This document shows, piece after piece, positions 8,957-18,919 of a stretch of 64,000 nt of DNA (positions are counted from its first letter, which is position 1; every line of letters begins with the position of its first letter). The position numbers and the translations under genes were made by a program. Where the stretch lies: sequence record NC_048173.1. One strand, given 5' to 3'. Below the pieces are notes generated by a model that saw only the letters and a list, made by a program, of their open reading frames with translations, was not told the origin of the DNA and ran no database searches.

Positions 8957-9403
8957 ATGCCGTGGGTAATTTTGTTTTTAGCAATGGCAGTGTCAAGTTG
9001 TTCGCAGTTTGGTGGCCGTTATACGGGTCCAGTTCAACAGCTCAAGGATGGGCCGAACGTCTCGGAATACCAGACCAGCCAACGTAACGATGCCGCGTTG
9101 CGTGAATACGTCACCGCGGTTAATCTTTACGCCTTCTATGTCTTCAACTACACCAAGTCCCTGAACGAGTATGCCGCCAGTCATGGGTGGAAAGCGCTAC
9201 CCATGTCTCCACTGTGTGAGCAATACCAGATGCCCGGTTTGATGGACATCCCGGATTTCATGTTCCGGCGTGGGATTAAAACAGACGAAGAGGTAGACTT
9301 GGCACTAGCCGACTACATTCGTCGATTACGAGTACGCATGGAAGAAAATGCGCAGCGGGTTAACGATGCATTTGTTAAACACCGCGCTGCATGCATGTAC
9401 TGA
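8957..9403 (+). CDS. Lipoprotein, candidate outer-membrane spanin
   Basis: Short hydrophobic signal with lipobox-like AVSSC (Cys15), Ser-Gln after Cys; helical C-terminus with two further Cys. Confidence 0.6.
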   Translation: MPWVILFLAMAVSSCSQFGGRYTGPVQQLKDGPNVSEYQTSQRNDAALREYVTAVNLYAFYVFNYTKSLNEYAASHGWKALPMSPLCEQYQMPGLMDIPDFMFRRGIKTDEEVDLALADYIRRLRVRMEENAQRVNDAFVKHRAACMY

Positions 9404-9408
9404 AAAAT

Positions 9409-9445
9409 GGGGTCTGTCCTTCGGGGCAGTCCCTTTTACTTTTTT
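9409..9445 (+). terminator. Intrinsic terminator
   Basis: TTCG-loop hairpin plus T-tract. Confidence 0.8.
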
Positions 9446-9487
9446 ACGCTATGACCTAATAGTGTGTATACAATAAGGAGACTGCCA

Positions 9488-10216
9488 ATGGCGATTTATA
9501 TTCCCAAACTTCCGGTCATCATTCATGCTTTTGACTGCGAAACCAAAGCGTTACGTCCTAACGCCTACATCCTGAGCATGGGTGGTTCAACGTTTGATGT
9601 GGCAACGTTAACTATGTTGGGTTGCACCTACGTTGCGGTTGACCCGAATGACCCTGAGGCAGATAAAATCTTCGAAACTGACTCGGGCACAGTAGCATGG
9701 TGGAACGGTGAAGGCAACCCGGACTATGCCCCAACCCCTGAGGCTAAGAAAGCGGCATGGGAAGGCACCACCAAAATTGACGTGGCGCTGAAAATCGTTG
9801 TCGAATACTTCGAGGGCTTTAAGAAGTTCGACTCGGTATTGGTTAGCCGTGGGCCAGAGTTTGACATGCCGATTGTCTGCAATGCGCTGGTTGCTTGTAA
9901 CCAATTCCAAGGCATCTTCCGTAAGTTCTCAGCTTGTGAGTCTGACCGAACTGTAGAACGCTTGATGCTGGCTTTCGGGATTGACATGGACGAGGCCGTA
10001 GAAGGTCATAACTGGTTGAAGAAAGGCGAATGGGTTGAGCATCACCCAAGCTTTGACTCGGCACGCAGTGCGTATCGTACGGCACGGGCTTATCATTTGG
10101 CACACATCGCCAAGAACTTCGGGTTTGATAAAATGCTGTTAGCGCACAATGCGCTGCGTGCAGGGAACTATAACCCGGCCTTAGGATTCAAAGGGGAATT
10201 CAATGGAGCAGGCTGA
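9488..10216 (+). CDS. DEDDh 3'-5' exonuclease (RNase T/Rv2179c-like)
   Basis: AFDCET (ExoI), RGPEFD (ExoII), HHPSFDS (ExoIII); AAGGAG RBS before ATG 9488. Confidence 0.8.
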   Translation: MAIYIPKLPVIIHAFDCETKALRPNAYILSMGGSTFDVATLTMLGCTYVAVDPNDPEADKIFETDSGTVAWWNGEGNPDYAPTPEAKKAAWEGTTKIDVALKIVVEYFEGFKKFDSVLVSRGPEFDMPIVCNALVACNQFQGIFRKFSACESDRTVERLMLAFGIDMDEAVEGHNWLKKGEWVEHHPSFDSARSAYRTARAYHLAHIAKNFGFDKMLLAHNALRAGNYNPALGFKGEFNGAG

Positions 10217-11744
10217 TTTAGCGGTTCTGTATACGGACGGTAGCCACTTCCCTGACCCGCTGGGGTCAGGTGCTGGCATCTTCGTGTACACCGTTGACAA
10301 AGTGGATGAAGGGTTTGCAAACGGGTACAGTTTCCCGGGCATTCCCGAAGCTATTACGTCGGAGGGGTTCGCACCGATGACGTTGTCTGACCCGAAACCC
10401 CTTTTACCAGAAGGACGGGTCAAGTTTTACGAAGCCGTTATTCCGGTACGCCCATCCTCAGCACAGGTTGGTGAACTGGTGGCGTTTATCGCCGCATTTG
10501 ACCAGACCCCGTTTAAAGCGAAGAAGTACATTATCTACGCTGATTCCAACTACATGATTAATACAGTCACGGACTGGATTTGGGGTTGGGAGCGGAAAGG
10601 TTGGTTGCGTGCTGACGGAACACCGTGTGCGAACCTCGACTTACTCAAACGCATGATTGTCATTCTGCGTGCGATTAAAGAGCAGGGCATCACGTTGATT
10701 GTGCGTAAGATTAAAGCGCACAACGGACACTTCGGTAATGAAGCGGCTGACCAGTTAGCCAAACAAGGTGCTGCAGCCTCTGCATTGACGAACGAACATA
10801 ACTTCACCCCGTTCTGGCGTGAAGCGTATAACGACGTCGCCGATGAAGAGGACGTACCGGAAGTCTTCAACAAACCGGAACTGCCGGGCGGCGGAATGGA
10901 TATCACCACCCTGCCGTCTATCATGTCGCACAAATGGCACTACCTGCTTTCCGAAGAAGAGATGCCGAGCTTTACCTTGGCGAACGGTGAGCGTTGGGAG
11001 TATGTGTTGTCTGGCCACCATGCCAAAGACAAGAACGATTTGGTGTTGGTTGGGAAGTTCCTGCCGGATGCCATGTTCTCCGTGACAATGCACAAAACCG
11101 CGCCAAAGAATTTGAAGTTCATCGTTGACGAACATGCGAAGCGTGCATGGGACGGTGTGCCGATGCTGAAACAGTTCCGTGCCATTACCATGGTGAACGG
11201 CGACTACCTCAAACGTAAGAAGTTTGTGGAAGCAGCGAAAGACGGCTTACCAGTTGACCAGATGGAATTCAAGTCTGACGGTAACGCGTGGATGTTTGAA
11301 GACACCTGCATCAGCTACATGTTGCGACCTGCTCTGCTGTCGTACCGTGCGCTGGAGATTCGTGATGAACTGGCTGCAATGTTGAAAGACGTTGTGGAAG
11401 GGCATCCGAGCGTGGTGTTCAATGACATCACGTCGAACTTCTTTGACGACGACCATAAACCGAAAAAGGATTACTACCGTAACGTTGACCGCAGCATTAA
11501 GTTGCCGGTGAGCTACCCGGGCAGTGATAAAACTATCGATGTGATTCTGTCACGGTCTATCGACATGCCGTCCCGTACTGAACTCAACCGCATCTATGAA
11601 CCGGGCGGGCGATTCGGTATTGCGACGTGGCGTCGGGATACACATTTAACGGTCTACGCTCTGGTGTATTTGGGCAAGGATTCACACGGCCTTTGGATGG
11701 GATACTACAGCGCTAAGCGTATCCTAACAACAGAACAAATTTAA
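10203..11744 (+). CDS. rnhA: Ribonuclease HI with long C-terminal extension
   Basis: YTDGS, GELVAF, YADSNY, N.DL and KAHNGHFGNEAADQLA motifs. Confidence 0.9.
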   Translation: MEQADLAVLYTDGSHFPDPLGSGAGIFVYTVDKVDEGFANGYSFPGIPEAITSEGFAPMTLSDPKPLLPEGRVKFYEAVIPVRPSSAQVGELVAFIAAFDQTPFKAKKYIIYADSNYMINTVTDWIWGWERKGWLRADGTPCANLDLLKRMIVILRAIKEQGITLIVRKIKAHNGHFGNEAADQLAKQGAAASALTNEHNFTPFWREAYNDVADEEDVPEVFNKPELPGGGMDITTLPSIMSHKWHYLLSEEEMPSFTLANGERWEYVLSGHHAKDKNDLVLVGKFLPDAMFSVTMHKTAPKNLKFIVDEHAKRAWDGVPMLKQFRAITMVNGDYLKRKKFVEAAKDGLPVDQMEFKSDGNAWMFEDTCISYMLRPALLSYRALEIRDELAAMLKDVVEGHPSVVFNDITSNFFDDDHKPKKDYYRNVDRSIKLPVSYPGSDKTIDVILSRSIDMPSRTELNRIYEPGGRFGIATWRRDTHLTVYALVYLGKDSHGLWMGYYSAKRILTTEQI

Positions 11745-11762
11745 AATATATGTTATCGCGTG
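11741..11762 (+). promoter_or_regulatory. Early promoter motif
   Basis: TTAAAATATATGTTATCGCGTG. Confidence 0.7.
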
Positions 11763-11785
11763 ATACCATTTGAGGAGTAATAACA

Positions 11786-12562
11786 ATGCAAGTAGTAATG
11801 AGTTACGAGTTGTCGAAACTGAACGTTGCGTTTCGCAACCGCTTAATGAAACACCTCATCACGCGATACTTTGAGGAAAACAAAATCCCCGATACGTGGG
11901 CCGAAGAAAAAGAAACGATTGTTGATGAGCTGGATATTCCGGCTCAGTTGATTATTAGTCGTCTGTTTGGTGGCTGGTTAGATGCAGCCATTAACTGCGC
12001 GAACAGCGGTGACCCGGTCTTCACGCCAGAGTCGTTGGTGGAATACCCGCACAACATCGACGACCTGTACGACATGTACGGCTTCGAAAGTGAGAAAGAA
12101 TACCACCGCGATTTCTCTGGCTACATGGACCAGACCGCGTGGGAGTTTATGACCCGTGCATCCGAGTTCCTTACTGAAGATGCGATGCTCGGCTCTATCC
12201 ACAAATACCTTGTGGATATTGTGGTTGAGTTATACGGCACCATTGCTGCGTTGCGTACCGGCGGGTGTGTTGGCGTTTGGCACACCTTGGAACAATACGA
12301 GCAACAGGTCTGGATGGGTAGACCGGTTCTGTTTGCGATTTACCCGGAAGACTACACGGTTCTGCACGAAGGACCGAAGCCAGAAGTGTTTGTTGGGTCT
12401 GAGCAGGCGAAAGCCACCACAGGTCAGGGCGAATACTTCTTCCTCTGGGGTGAGCATATGTTCACATTGTCGAAGATTGACGAGGTTCCTACCGGGTCGG
12501 TTATTCGTACTTGTGAATTGACCGACAATGCAGTTAACTGGATTGAAGGAAACTGTGAATGA
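11786..12562 (+). CDS. Acidic hypothetical early protein
   Basis: GAGGAG RBS; first gene after the early promoter. Confidence 0.8.
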   Translation: MQVVMSYELSKLNVAFRNRLMKHLITRYFEENKIPDTWAEEKETIVDELDIPAQLIISRLFGGWLDAAINCANSGDPVFTPESLVEYPHNIDDLYDMYGFESEKEYHRDFSGYMDQTAWEFMTRASEFLTEDAMLGSIHKYLVDIVVELYGTIAALRTGGCVGVWHTLEQYEQQVWMGRPVLFAIYPEDYTVLHEGPKPEVFVGSEQAKATTGQGEYFFLWGEHMFTLSKIDEVPTGSVIRTCELTDNAVNWIEGNCE

Positions 12563-13365
12563 AGAAAGTCATCAGCGGTGTAATCACTTCGCTCAAAACG
12601 TCCATTCGTAATGAGTGGGATACGTGGTGGGAAAGTGAATTCAGCGTGGCGACGCCTGAGCATTACCGCCCTTACGTTGAAGGGGTGGGGCAGTTTGGCC
12701 AGTTAGGTATCGAGCAGGTTAAAAGCCTGCCGTACTGGACAATGGCTAACGATGCAGTGCAGGAGTTTCAGATTCGGCTCTTTGAAGCGCTGTTTAAAGA
12801 GTATAACCTATCCGACACCTACGACCATTCGCACTTCATGCATGTACTGCTGGATGTGTTCGGTGAAACGTGGGATAACGACCTGCAAGCCCTGCTCGAC
12901 AAAGTAGACACCCACGACTGGGAACACCGTGAAGGATGTGACACGTTCGTTAAGAACATGATTACCACCTTCATGGACCAGCTTGTGGAAATCATGACGT
13001 CCGAATGGTCAGAAGCTTTCTACTTCGGGTTCTTCGAAGAGATGGACGGCATCAAGGAAAACTTGCCGGCGTTAGGGATTACGCCGCTGGTCGACCTCCG
13101 TGATTTCGCGGCTGACCCGCAGTGTCGTATCTGCATTATCGAAAGTGATGACGTGTCCTACGAATCGATTAAGACGTGGGATGGCTCGCAGGAGGTCATC
13201 GAATGGCTCCGACAGGGGCTGGAAAATGCCCATCTGCAACGAGTCATCTGGCTGGTTAACGGTCAGGTGGAACTCGACATGGCACACCGTACGTTGAACA
13301 CCGGTGACGTCGTTAAGAAATGTCTTTTAAAATTAGGAGCTAACCCAAGTGCAGTTAATCATTGA
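12559..13365 (+). CDS. Acidic hypothetical early protein
   Basis: ATGA overlap; D/E-rich helical sequence. Confidence 0.8.
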   Translation: MKKVISGVITSLKTSIRNEWDTWWESEFSVATPEHYRPYVEGVGQFGQLGIEQVKSLPYWTMANDAVQEFQIRLFEALFKEYNLSDTYDHSHFMHVLLDVFGETWDNDLQALLDKVDTHDWEHREGCDTFVKNMITTFMDQLVEIMTSEWSEAFYFGFFEEMDGIKENLPALGITPLVDLRDFAADPQCRICIIESDDVSYESIKTWDGSQEVIEWLRQGLENAHLQRVIWLVNGQVELDMAHRTLNTGDVVKKCLLKLGANPSAVNH

Positions 13366-13882
13366 TTTTCGTAACCACGATGTATCCGAGGCGCTGCGCA
13401 ATCTCAGCAACGGCATGAAGACCAATGTTATGCTTCTGATTGAAGAAGCATTGAGCATGTCGGAAATCAACCTGTCCGTATCGACGGGTAACGATCATGT
13501 GTTTATCAACAACGCTAATTTGGCTGACATTGTAGAGGATGTCATCACCCGCGAACTGCAGCGTATTTTCGGGCAGGCGGTAACCATTAACACCGGTAAT
13601 TTCAGTGACGTGAGTGAGTTCCTTGAACTCTGTTCACAACGTTTCGGTGAAATCTTTAATCGACTGGTTACCGAAGCGCAAGCAACGGAGCTAACCGCGA
13701 AGATGTTGGTCGATGGTCAACCCGCGGGCAACTTCAAAGACACCTTAACCAATCTTATTCCTGCGGAAACGTGGGCGGGTATTGAGAAAGAGTTCGATGA
13801 AGGCCGTCAGCAAGCTCTCCGCATTATGCGTACTTCGCTGGAAAGTTTGATGGCATCCCTTGAACCGGGGTCAGTCATGTAA
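13349..13882 (+). CDS. Hypothetical protein
   Basis: AGGAG RBS, GTG start. Confidence 0.75.
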   Translation: MQLIIDFRNHDVSEALRNLSNGMKTNVMLLIEEALSMSEINLSVSTGNDHVFINNANLADIVEDVITRELQRIFGQAVTINTGNFSDVSEFLELCSQRFGEIFNRLVTEAQATELTAKMLVDGQPAGNFKDTLTNLIPAETWAGIEKEFDEGRQQALRIMRTSLESLMASLEPGSVM

Positions 13883-13892
13883 GGAGTGGCGT

Positions 13893-14348
13893 ATGCAATA
13901 CGTCTTCTCGTTATCGTACGACCAACTCTCGATTGCCCATCGGCGTGATCTCCGTAACGCTATTGCTCGGCTTCGTCGGGCGTTAGCATCGGGGATTGTG
14001 TTTTCGCATGGAAAGGGGAGTTGGCGAGGGTGTAGTAAAGCAGTGACTCATCAAGCTGTGGGGGAAATTCAACCCCACTTAAAGAAAACACACACAGTTG
14101 AGATTAAGCGCGTGGGGACTGCGGAAGCGGTCTTCAAAATCCTTCGGGATGCTGCAAACCTTGAAGTCGTATTGCCTGACAATATCCAGTTCGCTGAAAA
14201 GACCACGCGTGAACTCTCGCCTGAAGCGAAGGGTCGCATGCAGGGTGCTTGGCATTACTTCCGGGACACCATTAAGTGGATTACCGATGAAGAACTGCAC
14301 GAGCAAGCGGAGCGAATATACGCTCAGTTGATTGCTAACAAAAAATAA
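13893..14348 (+). CDS. Hypothetical protein
   Basis: AAGGAG RBS before ATG 13893. Confidence 0.75.
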   Translation: MQYVFSLSYDQLSIAHRRDLRNAIARLRRALASGIVFSHGKGSWRGCSKAVTHQAVGEIQPHLKKTHTVEIKRVGTAEAVFKILRDAANLEVVLPDNIQFAEKTTRELSPEAKGRMQGAWHYFRDTIKWITDEELHEQAERIYAQLIANKK

Positions 14349-14388
14349 GAAACTGCCTACTACCCGTGAGGGTAGTAGGTCGGTTTTA
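14341..14388. terminator. Bidirectional terminator
   Basis: CCTACTACCC-GTGA-GGGTAGTAGG between convergent genes. Confidence 0.8.
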
Positions 14389-15147
14389 TGCTTTATCTTT
14401 TTTTGCCAGCGTTTTAATCTGGTCGGTGGTACCGTTAATGCAGTTGGTCATCTCGTCAATCTGACGCATGAACAGACCGAGCAACTGTACCCACGCATCA
14501 CACATGTCCACGAGCTTCACCAGTTCTTTTGCAACGGTCGGGTTGACGTCTGCTTCACTGATGATTTCACACGAACCGGAAATGGACTCTACCAGATTCA
14601 GGGTGTCGTTACGTACGGATTTGCTGATGGAGTCACGCAGAATTTTTGCTCGGTGGAAGGTTGTTTCCAGCTCACCGGCGGAACGGTAGGTCTTTTCAAA
14701 CGCACGTTGGTCGATGTTAGCAGCCACGTAGTTCTTAGACAGCTTACCAGTCAGGTCGTCTGGGTTGACGTTGGACAGTGGGTATTTAAAGCCCGACATG
14801 CGGAATGACACCGGCACGGTTAACATCGCAGGGGCGTTAGCCAGTCCTGCCAGTTCGTTATTGACGGGCTTCAGTACCCCATCAACAATCCCTTCCAGCA
14901 CCTTCCACACATCTTCCAGTTGTTTGATGTGGTCGAACATGTACGCATTAAAACCCGGCGGGACTGGAACCTGCATGCCAAGGAAGTTGGCGTACTGCTC
15001 ACGTTTAATCCATTTGCTAACTTCCTCGACATCGTTGTGGGTGGCCAGTACGACGTCGTCTTTCGTGCCGCTGAAGAAACGCGGAACGATGGTGGTCACG
15101 TTACTGACCATGGTCGCCATTGCTGGCGCGATGTCACGGATATTCAT
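14386..15147 (-). CDS. Putative virion (head) protein divergent from uvsX
   Basis: 253-aa helical ORF; position next to the RecA-like gene as in phiKZ-like phages. Confidence 0.6.
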   Translation of the reverse strand: MNIRDIAPAMATMVSNVTTIVPRFFSGTKDDVVLATHNDVEEVSKWIKREQYANFLGMQVPVPPGFNAYMFDHIKQLEDVWKVLEGIVDGVLKPVNNELAGLANAPAMLTVPVSFRMSGFKYPLSNVNPDDLTGKLSKNYVAANIDQRAFEKTYRSAGELETTFHRAKILRDSISKSVRNDTLNLVESISGSCEIISEADVNPTVAKELVKLVDMCDAWVQLLGLFMRQIDEMTNCINGTTDQIKTLAKKDKA

Positions 15148-15250
15148 TATAAATCCTTGTGGTTAAGGGTCCGAATCATACTAATGATACTTTTTACAAC
15201 TCGACGATAAGATATGTATAACTAACCCACATTTCAAATGGAGCACTACG

Positions 15251-16729
15251 ATGGCTGGTCCGAAGAAGGCTACTCAAGGTGAGGCTATTCGCCCACGTTT
15301 TAATATCTGGACAATTTTTGACCATGCGCTGGGCGAGTACGTAAAGGGCGATGACGGCCTGTGGTACCTCAACGGTGGCTTTGGGCACATCATGGGCTTC
15401 GCAGGGCGCGGTAACACCTTTAAGTCGTTCCTGCTTGATTACTGTATCATGACCATCCTGCTGCGTTATCGTGCAGAGTGGGCATCGAAGTACGACACCG
15501 AAGTGTCTGCACAGCTCTCCCGTATGCAGACCGTGGTGCGTTGTGTCTGTACAGCGAACGGCTGGGATTTCGATTACGCCGAGCACGCGGTTGAAGTGAT
15601 GATGGAAAAAGGTTGCTTTAACATGCAATCTTCCGAACTGGTACCGGGCGAGCAGTGGTGGGCCGACTACATCCGTGATGAAGTTGAAGACCGCTACAAG
15701 CAATACATGGCCAGAAAGAACCTGCGTGAGACGCCGTTCCCTGACCCGATTCGTAAAGAAAACAAAAAGATGCTCAACCCGTGGGCGTACGGTTGCGATT
15801 CTCTGTCTGAGTGGAAAACCTCGAAGATGGAAGATGCCCGTGATGACTCTAATGTGGGTGACTCTGAGCAGAACGCCTTAGCCGCGCAGGATGCCAAACA
15901 GAAGTCCGACATGATGGGTCGTTGGCCGAACGCGTTGGCTCGTGGTCATTTCTACATGGGCTTTGTGGTTCACATCACTGACAACATGCAGATGGGGCGT
16001 ATTGAACCGGGCAAGAAGCTCGATGAGTTCAAAGGCAACATCAAGTTCGCTAACGTGCCGGGCCGTGCGGTAACCTTCCTCACCAACTCCCTGTTAGTAG
16101 CGACCCACTCCGGGGACTGTAAACAGCCAAGCAGCTTTAACTCCAAGACCGGGGTTGAAGAACCGATGTTCCCGTCCGCGGCACTGAAAGGGAAAAGTAG
16201 TTCCGTTAACGATCTGAAAATTATCCGTTACACTCAGTTCCGAGCCAAGTCAGGCCCAACCGGTGTGAAGATGGATATGATCTACTCGCAGGAGCTGGGC
16301 TTTATGCCGCACCTGTCGCTGTGGTATTACCTGAAAGAAACCCTGACCGGTGATTTTGGCTTTAACCGTTCAGGACATTTCTATGAGCTCCAACTCTTGC
16401 CGGGTGTGAAATTCGGTCGTACGACTATCTTTGACATGGCGTTAGAGAACCGTCGTTTACAGCGTGCGTTAGAAATTACTGCAGGCTTAGCCTACATGCA
16501 GAACAACTGGTTCCGTCTGGAGCCGGAGTACCATATCACGCCACAAGAGCTTTACGACAAAGTGAAGGAAGCCGGGTACGACTGGGATGAAATCCTGGAC
16601 AACACGGTAGAATATTGGCAGTTTAAAGACCAAGAGACAAAAACGTCCAAACGTTGCGTCACTGTGAAGACGCTGTTAGACATGGCGTTGAAAGGTCTTA
16701 AGCCGAAGTTCCTCACTGCGAAAAAATAA
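15251..16729 (+). CDS. uvsX: UvsX/RecA-like recombinase
   Basis: Walker A GFAGRGNTFKS, KYDTE, Walker B-like GCDSLSE, K.R..P.G.K motif; GGAG RBS. Confidence 0.85.
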   Translation: MAGPKKATQGEAIRPRFNIWTIFDHALGEYVKGDDGLWYLNGGFGHIMGFAGRGNTFKSFLLDYCIMTILLRYRAEWASKYDTEVSAQLSRMQTVVRCVCTANGWDFDYAEHAVEVMMEKGCFNMQSSELVPGEQWWADYIRDEVEDRYKQYMARKNLRETPFPDPIRKENKKMLNPWAYGCDSLSEWKTSKMEDARDDSNVGDSEQNALAAQDAKQKSDMMGRWPNALARGHFYMGFVVHITDNMQMGRIEPGKKLDEFKGNIKFANVPGRAVTFLTNSLLVATHSGDCKQPSSFNSKTGVEEPMFPSAALKGKSSSVNDLKIIRYTQFRAKSGPTGVKMDMIYSQELGFMPHLSLWYYLKETLTGDFGFNRSGHFYELQLLPGVKFGRTTIFDMALENRRLQRALEITAGLAYMQNNWFRLEPEYHITPQELYDKVKEAGYDWDEILDNTVEYWQFKDQETKTSKRCVTVKTLLDMALKGLKPKFLTAKK

Positions 16730-16738
16730 CTTTTGGCC

Positions 16739-16760
16739 GGGTAGGGGGCAACCCCTACCC
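16739..16760 (+). other. GCAA-loop hairpin without U-tract
   Basis: GGGTAGGGG-GCAA-CCCCTACCC between co-oriented genes. Confidence 0.7.
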
Positions 16761-16775
16761 TAAAGGACTTTAAAC

Positions 16776-17087
16776 ATGCGTTATCAAGACGTGATAGTAG
16801 AGCGGTTGCGTCAAGGTCTTGCAGGCGTTGACCACAGCCTCGCTCAGGAATTTGTTGATTGTTGTAGTCCACCGGCAACTACCCTGTATGAATTCTCTGA
16901 CCGTGTGAACCAGCATTTCGCTGGGTTGTTAAAAGCACACGGCGTGAAGCCACAGGCAAAGGACTTCGAAGTGCCGGAGGACAATGACGCCATTCCGTAC
17001 TGGGTGGAAGATTTGGAAAACCGTGTACACCCGGTATTAAAAGCTGCGCAGGGGAAGAAAGATGGCACTGAATCAACAGCTGCGTAG
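16776..17087 (+). CDS. Conserved hypothetical protein
   Basis: AAGGA RBS; lies between uvsX and the RNAP betaC gene. Confidence 0.75.
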   Translation: MRYQDVIVERLRQGLAGVDHSLAQEFVDCCSPPATTLYEFSDRVNQHFAGLLKAHGVKPQAKDFEVPEDNDAIPYWVEDLENRVHPVLKAAQGKKDGTESTAA

Positions 17088-17733
17088 AAAAGCCGAGGCG
17101 TATATCTATTCGGTGCTGGATGCGGTTGACCCGTCCGGTATCAATACGAAAATCGCCAAGGAATGTATTCCGGCTATGTCTGACGACAAGTTCGTTGAGA
17201 TGGCAGGCTTAGGCATTCCGATTTATCAACCTGTCGGTGGTAAGACACAAATCTCGTATCAGAACAACATCAAAGTGGCTGAGAAGATGGGGATACCCCT
17301 GTCTGAGAAATTGTGGCTGACTGAACCGAAAACCGGTATCACCACACTGACCCGTCACCCTCATCTGGTATTGCTGCTGCCGATTCGTCGCCAGACGCAG
17401 ATGCTGGAAAAGAAAATGTCGGTATCCAAGCACGATAAGATTCGTGATAAACTCACCGGGCAGGTAACCGGGCCGTCAAAAGCCTCAGGGATTTCATTCC
17501 CGGAAGCCTACATTATCTATTCCGATAAACTCGATGAGTCGCTGCAGGAGTTTCTGCATGCGCGTGGCGGTAACGAAGCTGTTAACCGTTCTTTCTATCA
17601 GGCGTTACGCATGACCGGCCGTGGGCGTATCCATATTCCGGGGGCTGAGCGCACTTCTGCAAAATCCACCCGTACATGGGCTGCGTATTACACCGCCATG
17701 CACATTGGTAGTAACATAGGGAAACCGCAATGA
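17062..17733 (+). CDS. Virion RNA polymerase beta subunit, C-terminal piece (phiKZ gp149-like)
   Basis: LPIRRQTQ.L.KK, RD.LTGQVTG.SK...ISFPE and E....RGG resemble the beta C-terminal region; synteny. Confidence 0.75.
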   Translation: MALNQQLRRKAEAYIYSVLDAVDPSGINTKIAKECIPAMSDDKFVEMAGLGIPIYQPVGGKTQISYQNNIKVAEKMGIPLSEKLWLTEPKTGITTLTRHPHLVLLLPIRRQTQMLEKKMSVSKHDKIRDKLTGQVTGPSKASGISFPEAYIIYSDKLDESLQEFLHARGGNEAVNRSFYQALRMTGRGRIHIPGAERTSAKSTRTWAAYYTAMHIGSNIGKPQ

Positions 17734-18452
17734 TATTCACGCGTCGGAGTTTGGTAGACATTAGTTGTTTGGTAGACGACCGTTTGGGACTGGTCGCCGT
17801 CCGTTATCCAGAGTTGCTGGAGAAGCTTGATGTGGATGCGTACCGTTTACGCATTACAGAAGTGTGGGCCAAAATCATCGGTATCGATAATTTCGTGGAA
17901 GAGTATGCCACCCGAGATATCGAGGTACTGAAAGCATCCCTGCCGACGCAATTTATCAAAGCGTTCCGCGAGCGTCTCGAAGAAGACCTGCTAGCCATTA
18001 AGTTGTCCGCCCCTATCGAGCGCCCAACCGTTACCATCAATCTGTATCCGTACAGTCATTTGAACGTGACTGAACGTAACGAATTCAAGCAAGTTTTCAC
18101 GGAGCTGTTCCCGATGGTGCAGGTTAACGTGGTGTGTATTTCACTCGAAGACCTGACGCCGGAATACTTGCGTTCCACGTGGGATGGGTGGTTCACCTAT
18201 GACTTCTATCCGTGGATGAAAGCCAATGCGAAACGACTAGGTAATCGCATTCCCCGCTTTGTGATTCATCGTCCCGGTATCCTCACTGATGAGTTGACGC
18301 CGGAAACGATTGAAGCCATTAAACGTGATAAGGCCGACCCGTTTACCGAGTCAAAAAAATTCCTTGCCGAGTACGTAGCTGTTGAAACGCTCAAAGCTGA
18401 GCTTTTCTGCCACGTACCCGGGTTGGACATTATGCCGAAACGTTCGATTTGA
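17730..18452 (+). CDS. Conserved hypothetical protein, possible degenerate HAD fold
   Basis: ATGA overlap; N-terminal LVDISCLVD resembles HAD motif I. Confidence 0.65.
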   Translation: MIFTRRSLVDISCLVDDRLGLVAVRYPELLEKLDVDAYRLRITEVWAKIIGIDNFVEEYATRDIEVLKASLPTQFIKAFRERLEEDLLAIKLSAPIERPTVTINLYPYSHLNVTERNEFKQVFTELFPMVQVNVVCISLEDLTPEYLRSTWDGWFTYDFYPWMKANAKRLGNRIPRFVIHRPGILTDELTPETIEAIKRDKADPFTESKKFLAEYVAVETLKAELFCHVPGLDIMPKRSI

Positions 18453-18897
18453 TTTTGCTGAACTCGTTTTCCATGATTTGCTCTACGTCGATAGATTCAC
18501 CGACCGCGGACAATTCGCCGTCAATGTGATTCGCCGCAGGGATATCTGGAATCTCAGGGTGGTAATCGCCGGGGACATCAGCGGGCTCGTCATGGCGTTG
18601 GATTTTCGCGCCGAGACGTTCACCGAGAATTTGGTTAATGGCGTTGGCCAAATCGCCCACTTTGTCTGCCGACTTCTCTTGTGCCGCAATTCGCCGACGG
18701 TTCGTGATTTGCCCATCAATACCTGACAGCATTTTATTGAGACTGTTAATCTCGTCTTTGTCTAATGAACTGGCAGGCTTGGACATAATGGCATCGGCAA
18801 CGACGACACGTATACCCTGAGTATGGCGCTCAAGCGCAACATCGTCAGCAACGTCACCTTCGAAGCTTTGATGCTTCAGCTTTATTTCCTCGCTCAT
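18430..18897 (-). CDS. Hypothetical protein
   Basis: GAGG RBS before ATG 18897 (MSEEIK...). Confidence 0.7.
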   Translation of the reverse strand: MSEEIKLKHQSFEGDVADDVALERHTQGIRVVVADAIMSKPASSLDKDEINSLNKMLSGIDGQITNRRRIAAQEKSADKVGDLANAINQILGERLGAKIQRHDEPADVPGDYHPEIPDIPAANHIDGELSAVGESIDVEQIMENEFSKIKSNVSA

Positions 18898-18919
18898 ACA
18901 GCACCTCTCTAAAAGGAAA

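Noticed and set aside
14332-14808. 158-aa plus-strand ORF
   Set aside because: Spans a bidirectional terminator and is antisense to 14386-15147.
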